This document shows, one piece after another, positions 29,239 through 38,707 of a stretch of 64,000 nucleotides of DNA. The notes beneath the pieces are model-generated. The model was not told where the DNA came from and made no database searches. It worked only from the letters and a program-made list of their open reading frames with translations. The stretch comes from a virus (Duplodnaviria > Caudoviricetes): IMG/VR virus record IMGVR_UViG_3300042691_021640, positions 2,758-66,757 of that record. The stretch is one strand, 5' to 3'. The position numbers were made by a program, and so were the translations under genes. Position 1 is the stretch's first letter. The number at the start of each line of letters is the position of its first letter.

Positions 29239-30385
29239 CTCTAAAAATCCAAAAACTCTCTACTTCTTTCCAAAACTCTGGGCAGTCAATGACTGGTTCA
29301 GCAAGCTGCTTGGCTTCTATTCCATTTTTTAAAGAGGACTCGCTTAAATAAATTTTGCCATTACTGATTATTCTTTTATTTGACTTGTAAAAAGAATTAA
29401 GAGTGTATTCGATACCAGTTTTATGCTTTAGATTTGTCGGCATTTCTACAATAGATTCTTGATCAAGATATTTAAGCTTGACTTCTTCTAGCTTTTTGTC
29501 TTGCAAATAAGTAAACAATTGATAAGAAATATTATTATGAGCTAGAAAATTAGCAAATTCTATTTGGCTATCTTCTTTAATTTCATAGAAAATGCGCCCA
29601 ATGTTCTTTTGATTGTTCAGAATTAATTCGGAGCTAATGGGTTTATTAGCAATAATGAAGCACTGACAGACTTGTAGTTGTTCATTTAAGAGCTTTTCAT
29701 TATGGTCTAAGTCCATTCTAACAACAATATTGTTAGAATTAAACTGCTTTGGATTTACTATTTGATTAGGAACCATCTCTAATCTCATGTTATTGTATTC
29801 AGTGCCGAAGTAGAGGCTTTGAATAGAGTTAGAATGAGGTATCTGTAAAAGAGTTAATACATTGTTTGCAATAACCTCTGGCTTGATACTATTGATTGTC
29901 TTTGGGTTCTCTTCAAAAGAAAAAGTTGGCTTATTTTTTCTCTTTGGTTCAAGAAGAATATGGTCTTTAGGATTGCCGAAGAATGGCTTTACACAGCTTA
30001 TGTAATTGTTTGAGTAAAGGGCGACAATCTTTTTGCCATATCCAGAAGCGATATGAGTGGGAAAACTGTCTGCACCTACATGCAGCAAAGAACTCCTAAG
30101 CACAAAAGCCGTCTGATTGATATTTGTAAGTCCAACAAGACTAAGTACTCCAGTGTAGACTTTCTCCTTTTCCTGCCCAAGTTGAATAATTTTTATTCCT
30201 TTAGATTCCAAGATGGGCAAAATCAAATTAATGACTTCTTGCCAGTAATCATAAGTTTTTGAAGGCTTTGAGCTTGGGTGAAAAGTAATATACTTATCAG
30301 CAGTAACTGGAAAAAATTTTTCGTAGATATATGGCTTCTTAATCTTTACTCCAGAAGCTAGGGAGTATTGCTCTAAAAGGTGCAT
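29213..30385 (-). CDS. Glycosyltransferase family 9-like protein (C-terminal Rossmann half only) plus an unknown C-terminal region
   Basis: YITFHPSS..SKTY..W.EV...IIQLG...LVGLTNINQTAFVL..S.LHVGADSFPTHIASGYGKKIVALY matches the second half of heptosyltransferase-like GT9. Confidence 0.72.
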   Translation of the reverse strand: MHLLEQYSLASGVKIKKPYIYEKFFPVTADKYITFHPSSKPSKTYDYWQEVINLILPILESKGIKIIQLGQEKEKVYTGVLSLVGLTNINQTAFVLRSSLLHVGADSFPTHIASGYGKKIVALYSNNYISCVKPFFGNPKDHILLEPKRKNKPTFSFEENPKTINSIKPEVIANNVLTLLQIPHSNSIQSLYFGTEYNNMRLEMVPNQIVNPKQFNSNNIVVRMDLDHNEKLLNEQLQVCQCFIIANKPISSELILNNQKNIGRIFYEIKEDSQIEFANFLAHNNISYQLFTYLQDKKLEEVKLKYLDQESIVEMPTNLKHKTGIEYTLNSFYKSNKRIISNGKIYLSESSLKNGIEAKQLAEPVIDCPEFWKEVESFWIFRVDKSPVAA

Positions 30386-30386
30386 A

Positions 30387-32294
30387 TTATTTAATATCGA
30401 ATGCGATCTTATCTTTTCCGTTATGAAGATAGTTAAGCATCTTCTGGGTTCCTATGTGAGGCAAGAAAGCGATTTCAAAATATCCTTGATGATTGCCGTG
30501 TCCTTCCAGCCATAGCAAGCTGTCCATTTGAGGGATGTATTCTATGGTCCTGTGGACAAAAGGGTTACCTTCAAGAATTGAAAAATACTCTTTCTTGGTG
30601 GCAAAATATAAATTATAATCAGGATAAGTTTCTTTGACTGATTCAAGAAGAGCGGTGCAAAGATAAATATCTCCAATACTTTCTGGCATTACAAACAATA
30701 TCCGCTTTCCTTTATCATTAGGATCTAGAAATTCTTCAAAATCAACTTTTATGTTTTTTTGATTTTCTTGAGTAGCTACTTGACGGAAATAGTTCTCAAT
30801 ATTTTGTCGAGATTCTCCTTCTGCTAATTTTTTAGACCAATGCTTAAAGCCGTCATCGTTTATATCGACTTGAGGCATTTTAAGTATATTGCGATACATG
30901 AAGATTAGCCATTCTCCATTTTCTGTAATATTTGGGATAACTGCATTAGGGTCTTTTTCTTCTTCCTTTAAAGAAAAGTCATAAGTTGTAAAAGGAATAG
31001 AATCAATATATTTCTCAAATATATTTCCAATAACAGGAACAGAATAATTGTCTATTGCCCACTTCCTCGCCTTTTGACCGATCTGCCTTTTCTCCGCTTC
31101 TGGCATCTTGTAAGCACGATACAATTGCTTGGCGATAGAGGAAGGATATGTTGAAGCTTTCCTGAACTGAGTTCCGTGTTCTCTATACTCTGACCATTCT
31201 AAAGCGACAGATCCAGCATCAGGGTGACACATGTCTTCGCCGCAGCTATAATTAGTAACTAAAGTTAATAGTTCACAATACTTAGCCTCTTGAATTGGGA
31301 TCTCTTGTCCACCACTAGTAAATGGGTGGCAATACACATCCATCAAGTTATAAATCTCGCATAGCTGTTCTTCAGATACGCCAAAATTTGTATTTGTCGT
31401 CGAGCAGCTTTTTTCTGATTTGCAGGAAGGACAGCTTAGTTCTTGCCCTTGGAAAGGAGTAATAAAGTAATTTTTACATTTATTGCAAACATAAGTAGTG
31501 TGAATATCTTTTCTATCTATTTTATATTCGTCAGCAAGCTTATGAATGTCCCATCCTTCGCCCCAATGAGTATGCAATAGTAGCTTTGCATTTTTAACAT
31601 CGGGATTATTTTTAACAAAGTCTTTAAATCCTTCTAGAAGATTAGGAACAGACTTGCGAAGTTGATTTCTAAACACGAAACCGACAACAAAAGAATCAGA
31701 AAGTCCGAAACGGGATCTTAATTTATTCCTTTTCTCTGAACCTAGATAACTAAATTTAGAGTGGTTTACTGGCCCATGAACAGTTTTGGCATTATTAATA
31801 CCAATTTTATGCATTTCGTTTGTAGCAAACTCACTCCAAATCCAGTACTGAGATGACTTTTTAGCTTGATTAATTGCTTCATCATAGATAGGCAAAGAAT
31901 CAAGAGTCACCCAAAGCAAAGAGGTAATATTTTTATACCAGTGCTTGTTATAATACTGAGTAAAAGCCCAAGGATCTTGTGCGCCAATCCAAATATCGGG
32001 CTTTTCTTCTTTAATTACTTGATCAACATAATAAGAGCCATAAGAAACATCTCTTGCGAGAGTTTGATCTGCATTAATTCTGTTGACCTCGTTTGGATCG
32101 GTAGGTACGCTTCCTAAACTCTTCCAAGGAGTTTTAGAAAGAATGGTGGAACCCACTTGAGTTCCCGCACAATAATGGATAATATCATACTTACCCGTGT
32201 TGTACAGGTAAGAGATTAGTTCCTTCGCTGCCCTACCGAATCCAGTTTTAGCGAGGCACCAATCCGTTTGAATTACTATCTTTTTCTTTCGCAT
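30387..32294 (-). CDS. GT-B (GT4-like) glycosyltransferase with an inserted Cys4 zinc ribbon and a C-terminal GT9 N-half
   Basis: TGFGRAAKEL, FVVGFVFRNQLRKSVPNLLEGF, IYNLMDVYCHPFTSGGQEIPIQEAK; CNKC...CPSC; C-terminal RILFVMPESIGDIYLCTALLESVKETYPD...LEGNPFV. Confidence 0.8.
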   Translation of the reverse strand: MRKKKIVIQTDWCLAKTGFGRAAKELISYLYNTGKYDIIHYCAGTQVGSTILSKTPWKSLGSVPTDPNEVNRINADQTLARDVSYGSYYVDQVIKEEKPDIWIGAQDPWAFTQYYNKHWYKNITSLLWVTLDSLPIYDEAINQAKKSSQYWIWSEFATNEMHKIGINNAKTVHGPVNHSKFSYLGSEKRNKLRSRFGLSDSFVVGFVFRNQLRKSVPNLLEGFKDFVKNNPDVKNAKLLLHTHWGEGWDIHKLADEYKIDRKDIHTTYVCNKCKNYFITPFQGQELSCPSCKSEKSCSTTNTNFGVSEEQLCEIYNLMDVYCHPFTSGGQEIPIQEAKYCELLTLVTNYSCGEDMCHPDAGSVALEWSEYREHGTQFRKASTYPSSIAKQLYRAYKMPEAEKRQIGQKARKWAIDNYSVPVIGNIFEKYIDSIPFTTYDFSLKEEEKDPNAVIPNITENGEWLIFMYRNILKMPQVDINDDGFKHWSKKLAEGESRQNIENYFRQVATQENQKNIKVDFEEFLDPNDKGKRILFVMPESIGDIYLCTALLESVKETYPDYNLYFATKKEYFSILEGNPFVHRTIEYIPQMDSLLWLEGHGNHQGYFEIAFLPHIGTQKMLNYLHNGKDKIAFDIK

Positions 32295-32875
32295 TAGAAT
32301 ACGAGTTCTTCTGCCTGAGCCTCTGCTTCAGTCTGAGCGGCTGGCTGATTTAGTTGAATTTTATTATACGCTGGCTTCTTTGGCGCTTCTTCTTCTTGAG
32401 CCTCCTTTTGTGGAGCAGCGTCGTCTTGAGGATAGAAAGAGTTCCTAATGAACTCCAAAAGGAAAGCCTTGACCATTACGGCTTCTGCAAAAGAAAAGCC
32501 AATCAAAAAGCTCACCTTGTTAACGGTATCTCCTTTTTGCTCTTTAGTAGCATTGAAAGAAAAACCAATCTGGGCATTGTCCCTTAGATAAGGACAGAAC
32601 TTGCCCATAGCATTTGAATTAGGAGCAGTATGATAGAACTTATATTCTGCATTTCTATCAATTGCGTCTACGATACCTGCGGCTTCTACTGCGTTGAATT
32701 TTAGAACAGTAGTCTTCTCTGGGTTCTTTGCGTTCTCACGAAAAGATCCAAGTTTCTTGGCTTCATTCCAAGAGTGCTGCTTTATGAAGTTAACAAACAA
32801 AGAGGTTCCCTTTGTTTGAAAAGAGCAAGCGGTTCCAGTTACTTTTGCATTTCCCTTATAAAATTGTAGGTTCAT
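32294..32875 (-). CDS. Hypothetical protein, possibly ssDNA-binding (PC4/Whirly-like)
   Basis: Aromatic beta-rich N-domain, low-complexity A/E/P/Q tail ending EELVF; directly downstream of the polymerase. Confidence 0.35.
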   Translation of the reverse strand: MNLQFYKGNAKVTGTACSFQTKGTSLFVNFIKQHSWNEAKKLGSFRENAKNPEKTTVLKFNAVEAAGIVDAIDRNAEYKFYHTAPNSNAMGKFCPYLRDNAQIGFSFNATKEQKGDTVNKVSFLIGFSFAEAVMVKAFLLEFIRNSFYPQDDAAPQKEAQEEEAPKKPAYNKIQLNQPAAQTEAEAQAEELVF

Positions 32876-32884
32876 TCAGACATT

Positions 32885-32913
32885 ATTTTGCCTGAAAAAA
32901 GCCGATTTATCAA
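32885..32913 (-). promoter_or_regulatory. Possible sigma70-type promoter TTGATA-N17-CAAAAT, 9 nt from the ATG
   Basis: Sequence inspection; the -10 element is imperfect. Confidence 0.35.
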
Positions 32914-35468
32914 TTATTTTTTTCGGCTTTTAATTGAGAAAGTTTAGTGTAAACGGTGTGCGTTTGAATCGCTACCATCCTCGCAAAAACAGAGTCCCCA
33001 AACTTTTGTCCAGTTACAATAACGATATCTTCTTCTTTTGGCATTCTATTGTTAAGGTTTTGCATATCGTCTATCTTATCGGAGAAGATCATAGTATTCA
33101 CAGCGCCAGTTTCATCTGAAATTTGCATCTTAAAGTATCTAGTTTTCTTTTCTCTTGATACTCCAGACTTGCATTCTTGAATTACTCCAATAAAGCAGAC
33201 TTCATCTTTCTCGGCAAAGTCAACAATGTCTTTTATGTAAACTAGGTCGTCTTTCTTTGAGATGAAAACTTCTCTCAATTTATTCCTGACGCTATATCCA
33301 ATAATAGAGTTCTCATAAAACCAATTTGCAAAACTCTCTGACTTGCTATTGATTTCATAGATCTTTTTATAAGGCTCTGCCTTGGTCCTCATTGTCTGGA
33401 GTCTTGACTCTTTGATATAAGGCTTTCCTTGCACATCTTTGTTATCTTTCATGTGCATAAGAATTTTAACTAAATCATAATCAAAGTTTTCTCCAAAAAG
33501 TTTGGCATTTACTTTTTCTTTATTGGTTAGAACATTCCAAAGCTGCGCCTCATAGACGATTTTGCTTCTTGATTGTTTGAAATCTCCATCTAAAGCTCCT
33601 GCTTGGATAAGAGCGCAGAGAACGCCGATGTTCAGATTAGCTTGAGAAGCAGTTTCAAAGATATCAAACTTGTTCTTAAACTCTCCCCTGAACTCATTTA
33701 CCGCCATGATAGTCTTTTCGCTAATGCCTTTAACAGAGAGAAGCCCAAAGCGAATGTTATCTCCTTCGATACAAAATTCTTCTTTTGATTTTAATAAATG
33801 AGGAGGAAGAAGCTTAATGTTGAAATAAACTAGCTCCTTTTCAATCTTGGATATTTCTCCAATAGGATCAGGTTCATGCTTACTCATCTTTAACAAAGAC
33901 AAGAAGAACTGCTGTGGGTATTTGAATTTGAGATAAATAGAGATTGCAGCAAGAGCAGCGTATGCAACTGAATGCGATTTATTGAACTGATAGTTGGCTG
34001 AGTCGTTCGCAATCCTCCATAGGACTTCACCAATCTTGGGATCTAGTTTTTGTTGGGAGATCTTGTCTTTAATCTTCTGCTCCCACTCTTTCATCTCTTC
34101 GACCTTCTTTTTGCCTACACAGCGTCGAACAATTTCTGCTTCATCAAGTGAGAATCCAACCTTACTGACCATTTTCATCAACTGCTCTTGATACAAGCAA
34201 ACGCCTCCGGTTACGCCTAAGATATCATCAAAGAAAGGATGAATGCTTTCATAATGATCGTTATTTGTATAGTTAGCATACTTATCAATGAACTGTAGTG
34301 CGCCGGGACGAGCTAGAGCCAACACGCCGCTTAACTGCTCAAGATTCTTGGGCTTTACCTTTTGGCATACTTTAAAGTTAGTTTCTGCTTCAATTTGGAA
34401 CAATCCATGAGGTAGTTTAAAGTCTTGCAACTGTTGATAAATAAAGACATCATTTACGTCAATATCCTCATATCTAATTCCAAGAGATTTGCAAACGTCG
34501 TCTACAACTGACACGCCTCGCAAACCAAGCAAGTCGAGTTTAATATTATAAGCCGTAACATTATTCATGTCATAGCTTGAGACAGCTTGTTTGTCTGACG
34601 AGAGTTCTACAGGACAAGACTCTTCAAGAGGAGAGTGAGCCAACAAAAGACCGGAAGGATGAACTCCTTTGTTCTTATTAAGATTTTGAAGTTTTAAAGC
34701 GATCTTATAAACCTCATCATTTTGACTAGCCCATTCAGCGAATTTTTCGCTTTCAGTAACCGCCTCTTCAAGACTCTTAACTTGACCGAAGAGCTTAGGG
34801 ATGTAAGAGGAAACATCATTCATTTCACTCTCTTGCTTCTCTGCTACTACTTTTCCTGATTCCTTAATACAAAGTTTAGAGCTTAGAGTATTTAGAGTAA
34901 GGATCTTAGAGGTCTTACCTTTAAACTTCTCTTCAAGATAAGCAATTACTTTATAACGATTATAGTAACAAATGTCAAGATCAACGTCAGGAAATAGAGA
35001 ACCATCAAAATAGGTTACTCCATCGATGACTGTTTTCTTTGCTCTGGCTTTTGAGATGAAACGCTCAAAGAATAGTTCGTATTTAATGGGATCAATTTTA
35101 GTTACATCAATGAGAAATAAGAGAAGAGAGCCAGCGCAAGATCCTCTCCCCGGTCCAGTTGGAATATTATTCTCTCTGCAATAATTAATAACATCCCAAA
35201 TAAGGATGATATAGTCAATGAACTCTAACTCTTGAAGAATTTGTAGTTCGTAATTAACACGATCAATGTATCTCTTGTAAAGATTACTTCCTTTTTCAAG
35301 GTTGAGTTTATAAAATCCTTCTCTAGCTAGACTTCTTAAAAAGTCATAATTAGAAGTCGAATCGGGCAGCTTAAGTCTCGTCTTGTGTCTCTGATCAATT
35401 TCAAAGACAGGCATTCTAAGTCCATGAAGCCCAAGGTCGTACTTTTGAAAGTCTTTTGAAAAATTCAT
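32910..35468 (-). CDS. dnaE: DNA polymerase III alpha-like catalytic subunit (family C), lacking the PHP domain
   Basis: GPGRGSCAGSLLLFLIDVTKIDP, LFFERF, PDVDLD, HPSGLL, KLDLLGLRG, LYQEQLM, FNKSHSVAYA, C-terminal OB fold. Start placed at 35468 (ATGA overlap) rather than the listed 35498. Confidence 0.95.
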   Translation of the reverse strand: MNFSKDFQKYDLGLHGLRMPVFEIDQRHKTRLKLPDSTSNYDFLRSLAREGFYKLNLEKGSNLYKRYIDRVNYELQILQELEFIDYIILIWDVINYCRENNIPTGPGRGSCAGSLLLFLIDVTKIDPIKYELFFERFISKARAKKTVIDGVTYFDGSLFPDVDLDICYYNRYKVIAYLEEKFKGKTSKILTLNTLSSKLCIKESGKVVAEKQESEMNDVSSYIPKLFGQVKSLEEAVTESEKFAEWASQNDEVYKIALKLQNLNKNKGVHPSGLLLAHSPLEESCPVELSSDKQAVSSYDMNNVTAYNIKLDLLGLRGVSVVDDVCKSLGIRYEDIDVNDVFIYQQLQDFKLPHGLFQIEAETNFKVCQKVKPKNLEQLSGVLALARPGALQFIDKYANYTNNDHYESIHPFFDDILGVTGGVCLYQEQLMKMVSKVGFSLDEAEIVRRCVGKKKVEEMKEWEQKIKDKISQQKLDPKIGEVLWRIANDSANYQFNKSHSVAYAALAAISIYLKFKYPQQFFLSLLKMSKHEPDPIGEISKIEKELVYFNIKLLPPHLLKSKEEFCIEGDNIRFGLLSVKGISEKTIMAVNEFRGEFKNKFDIFETASQANLNIGVLCALIQAGALDGDFKQSRSKIVYEAQLWNVLTNKEKVNAKLFGENFDYDLVKILMHMKDNKDVQGKPYIKESRLQTMRTKAEPYKKIYEINSKSESFANWFYENSIIGYSVRNKLREVFISKKDDLVYIKDIVDFAEKDEVCFIGVIQECKSGVSREKKTRYFKMQISDETGAVNTMIFSDKIDDMQNLNNRMPKEEDIVIVTGQKFGDSVFARMVAIQTHTVYTKLSQLKAEKNN

Positions 35469-36103
35469 ACTGCGATTTGGAATTTCAGTTTGTTCCATAC
35501 TTTAATATTCAAATGTAAATCGTTAAGTGCGTCGTGAAGAGTCTCGTAATCGTGTTCTATGTTATGGTCTTTCCCAAGACTTGTAAGGTTAGTTTTTACT
35601 CCTTTTCGTCTCTCATTAAGAATTCTATATTGATATTCAATGAGTTCCATTTCTTGAGAGTAAGGGATTTCATACTTGATGCCTTTTGCTAGGCAGTTAG
35701 TGTCTATAACTTTCTTTATTAAATGCTTCCATTCCATTCCATACATTTCGTAGTAGTCTTTAATAAGATAAATATCAAAGTTTAGTACGTTGTGCCCGAT
35801 AATATAATCACAATTTTCTAACCATTGAGCTATCGTTTTAATAGCTTCGCTGGAATGTATGGCAATTTTATTATACTTGTACTGGTCGAAGCGAGTAATT
35901 TGAGCGGCTTCTTTACTTACATTAATTGGTTTATCCCATTTAATATAAATATCAGAAGTTTGCAGGATTTCATTTCCCTTGACTTTGATCATGCCGCATT
36001 GCCAAGGGCGATTATTTACGAAACTAAGACACAAGTTCTCTGTTTCTAAGTCAATAAAAGTATAGACTTTATCTTTGTCATAACGAAGAAGATTTTCCAT
36101 CAT
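35465..36103 (-). CDS. DEDDh 3'-5' exonuclease (DnaQ/epsilon-like)
   Basis: ExoI FIDLETE, ExoII IGHNVLNFD, ExoIII HDALND. Confidence 0.9.
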   Translation of the reverse strand: MMENLLRYDKDKVYTFIDLETENLCLSFVNNRPWQCGMIKVKGNEILQTSDIYIKWDKPINVSKEAAQITRFDQYKYNKIAIHSSEAIKTIAQWLENCDYIIGHNVLNFDIYLIKDYYEMYGMEWKHLIKKVIDTNCLAKGIKYEIPYSQEMELIEYQYRILNERRKGVKTNLTSLGKDHNIEHDYETLHDALNDLHLNIKVWNKLKFQIAV

Positions 36104-36861
36104 ATAGAATTCGCCTCCTTCCAGCTTTCAAAACTAAATTCGGTGCTGCACATATGTTCCAAGTTTGGCTTATTAAGAGTCGTTCTGTTATTTATGCATC
36201 TAAAAGTCAAGTACGCCTTAAAGTCTTCTCTTGTCTTGTAGTAAATGCTCTTGCAAGGAACAGTCTCGTACTGATCTGAGCAGAATTTAATTACCTTTTG
36301 TTTTACTATTTGATCGAATGGAAGATTGTTGTCTTCAATAAAGAAAGTGGGTTTTGTAAATGTCAACTCTGGGCAGCACAAAGAATAAGACATCGCGTTA
36401 TTGAATAAAAACGAATCATAGAATGGAACGCACAGTTTTAGACTAGTCTCGTCCCACTCTTGTGTCAAGGTCTTTTCGTCTATTCTTGGGGTATAATAAA
36501 ACCCATTTGTTGCAGCGATACTAAATATTTTAATCAGCTTCTTATATCCATCGCCATTTTTAGCAAAGATTATTATTTTGCTGCATTTCTTTAAAGACTC
36601 TTCAGTCTTTTCGTTGATATCTGGACAAAGTTCCAGTCTAAGACCATAGAAGAATGGAACCTTAATAGAGTTAAAGTTCTTAAACGCATCAAGAAAAGAA
36701 CTCATATTCTCCTCTACAAGAAAAACTTGATCTAGTTTATTTTCTTTAACGATATCTACTATGGAAGATGAACCTTCTTTAGAAGAAGAACCAGCTTTAT
36801 CTAGGGTTAAGATTGATTTGCCAATGCTGTAATGGCTTTTAAAAAGCGGTAATATTTTCAT
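36100..36861 (-). CDS. Stand-alone PHP domain of DnaE (metal ligands degenerate)
   Basis: PLFKSHYSIGKSIL, FFYGLRL, IIIFAKNGDGYKKLIKI match the DnaE N-terminus; the HxH, DH and DxH ligands are not retained. Confidence 0.82.
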   Translation of the reverse strand: MKILPLFKSHYSIGKSILTLDKAGSSSKEGSSSIVDIVKENKLDQVFLVEENMSSFLDAFKNFNSIKVPFFYGLRLELCPDINEKTEESLKKCSKIIIFAKNGDGYKKLIKIFSIAATNGFYYTPRIDEKTLTQEWDETSLKLCVPFYDSFLFNNAMSYSLCCPELTFTKPTFFIEDNNLPFDQIVKQKVIKFCSDQYETVPCKSIYYKTREDFKAYLTFRCINNRTTLNKPNLEHMCSTEFSFESWKEANSI

Positions 36862-36870
36862 GATTAAGAG

Positions 36871-37797
36871 TTATTTCCATCTGGGGCAACCTTCATACTT
36901 AAACTTTTTGATGACTTGAGTCTCGTCTTTCTTCGCTACTTTAGCTTCTTCTGCTGTAAAAAAGCTCTTTACGAAATTATTGTCCTTATCGTAAATAGAA
37001 TAGAACCACATCTCATTCTTGAAAGGGCAAACCCAAGTAGCTCCTGCTTGACATAACCACCTGCTTTTTACATTGTCTGCGGCAAAGTTTTGCTTTCCAT
37101 CTTGTTCGGAGAAATTAGTAACTTTGTCATAAACATGTTTAAGATAAACTTCAAATCCAGATAATTCATCATCAGTAAATTTTACCGGCTGAACAGGTTC
37201 TTTAGGAAATCTGAGAAATACAAATTCTACTTCTGGCTCGTATTCGGGCCAATAAATTTTAGAAGCAATAGAGTATAGCATGGCCTGTACATTGGCTGTC
37301 AACTCTTCTCCTTTGAATTTTGCCTTGCTGGACTTGTAATCTCTAATCTTGCTCTTCTTTTCTTTCTTATAAAGGATGGGAAGGTCAATGAATCCTCTAG
37401 CCTTGTAGCCATCTCTTTCGATTTTAAATTCGAACTCTGGGTCTTGAATGTTGCCGCCTTTAGGGAAGAAATCGCTCTTAAGACCGACAAGAATCATTTT
37501 ATTGATTAGAGCTATATCTTCAGGAGTATTGATTCCCTCTCTTGTGGCGTGTTTTATTACTAACTTGCCTACTGGAACGCAGGAAAGCGGATCGCCAGAG
37601 GCAATAATTTCCTTGTAAATCTTCTTGTGACGAGGATTAAGAAGCAATTCAAATACTAAGTGGCAAATTGTGCCGCGCTTGGCTCCTGAATTAGACTTCT
37701 CAGGAATGTTTAAATGATACTTACAATAATAAGACCATGAACAAGTTTCGAGAGCTTTGATTCTGGATGCAGATAGGTAGACTTCTTTCTTATCCAT
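36871..37797 (-). CDS. PD-(D/E)XK exonuclease, Cas4/RecB-like
   Basis: LSASRIKALETCSW.YY, GTICHLVFE, GFIDL, IRDYKSSK, QAMLY, C-terminal WLC...WVCPF. Confidence 0.85.
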   Translation of the reverse strand: MDKKEVYLSASRIKALETCSWSYYCKYHLNIPEKSNSGAKRGTICHLVFELLLNPRHKKIYKEIIASGDPLSCVPVGKLVIKHATREGINTPEDIALINKMILVGLKSDFFPKGGNIQDPEFEFKIERDGYKARGFIDLPILYKKEKKSKIRDYKSSKAKFKGEELTANVQAMLYSIASKIYWPEYEPEVEFVFLRFPKEPVQPVKFTDDELSGFEVYLKHVYDKVTNFSEQDGKQNFAADNVKSRWLCQAGATWVCPFKNEMWFYSIYDKDNNFVKSFFTAEEAKVAKKDETQVIKKFKYEGCPRWK

Positions 37798-38707
37798 TGA
37801 ATTCCTTCATATATAAGTCTATCTCATTTTTGCTCATTAATCCAAAATCTTTTTTGGGAGGCAGCTTTATCTTGACTTGATTCTCGTCGAAGAACATCAA
37901 GAGTTTAGATTTTGCTTTTTTCGCCGCTTCATTACCAGCAGAATTATTAAAAGAATCATTATTAAAAGCAATAACCACTTCTTGGACAGAGTTCTCTAAT
38001 AGAAATTTTGTGATCTTGGGAGAGATTGCCAATCCAAAAGTAATAATCACATTCTTGTAGCCAGCTTGCCATAAAGCCAACATATCTCCAATACTCTCAA
38101 TCAAGAAAACTCTTCCGCTTTCAGATATAGCATTTTTACTAAAAAAAGCTGGATAGACCCACTCCTTTTTAGTTCCAAGGTGTTTCCATTTAATGAAATC
38201 AGGTCTTTTTGAATCAACTAGTGACCTGCCGCTAAATCCTACAATTTTGCCAGATGGATTATAAATAGGGAACACATAACGATTAATCATGTTTCCTTTT
38301 TTAGCTATTCCACCTTTAAACTCTGCTACGATCTCTTCTTTGACTCCTCTATTAAGCCAGTATCCATGATTTTTTTCAAGGCTGACGAGCATCGATTCAT
38401 CGTAAACCTTTACTTGATTGATGGTATTTTTTTCTTGATTTACAATAATGCCCGTGAAGTTAAACTTCTCGGCAAGCATCTTGTCTGCATAATCTAGATC
38501 GTTTAGATTAAGTGTGATTTGAACTAATTCACTTAACTTACCCCCTCGACATAGTTTATAGTCATACCAATAACCAGTATTTTTATTGATTGCTAGAACT
38601 GTATCATTATCTGAACTCCTGTAGATTGGTCTAGTTCTGTACCAACCGCCGAAGTCTTTAAGATTTTGATAACCGATGTTTTGAAGTATTTCTTTTATAT
38701 CGCTCAT
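37790..38707 (-). CDS. dnaG: DnaG-like DNA primase (TOPRIM), with an atypical Cys-poor N-domain
   Basis: RYVFPIYNPSGKIVGFSGR, KWKH, VFLIESIGDMLAL...G.KNV...FG, AFNND...AG..AA; coupled to the helicase gene. Confidence 0.85.
   Translation of the reverse strand: MSDIKEILQNIGYQNLKDFGGWYRTRPIYRSSDNDTVLAINKNTGYWYDYKLCRGGKLSELVQITLNLNDLDYADKMLAEKFNFTGIIVNQEKNTINQVKVYDESMLVSLEKNHGYWLNRGVKEEIVAEFKGGIAKKGNMINRYVFPIYNPSGKIVGFSGRSLVDSKRPDFIKWKHLGTKKEWVYPAFFSKNAISESGRVFLIESIGDMLALWQAGYKNVIITFGLAISPKITKFLLENSVQEVVIAFNNDSFNNSAGNEAAKKAKSKLLMFFDENQVKIKLPPKKDFGLMSKNEIDLYMKEFNG

Noticed and set aside
35465-36103. Split DnaE as a sequencing frameshift or pseudogene
   Set aside because: Both junctions are tidy ATGA overlaps and a complete exonuclease gene lies between the two parts.
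36871-37797. Cas4-like nuclease as evidence of a CRISPR-Cas locus
   Set aside because: No repeat-spacer array or other cas gene seen; solo Cas4-like exonucleases are common in phage replication modules.
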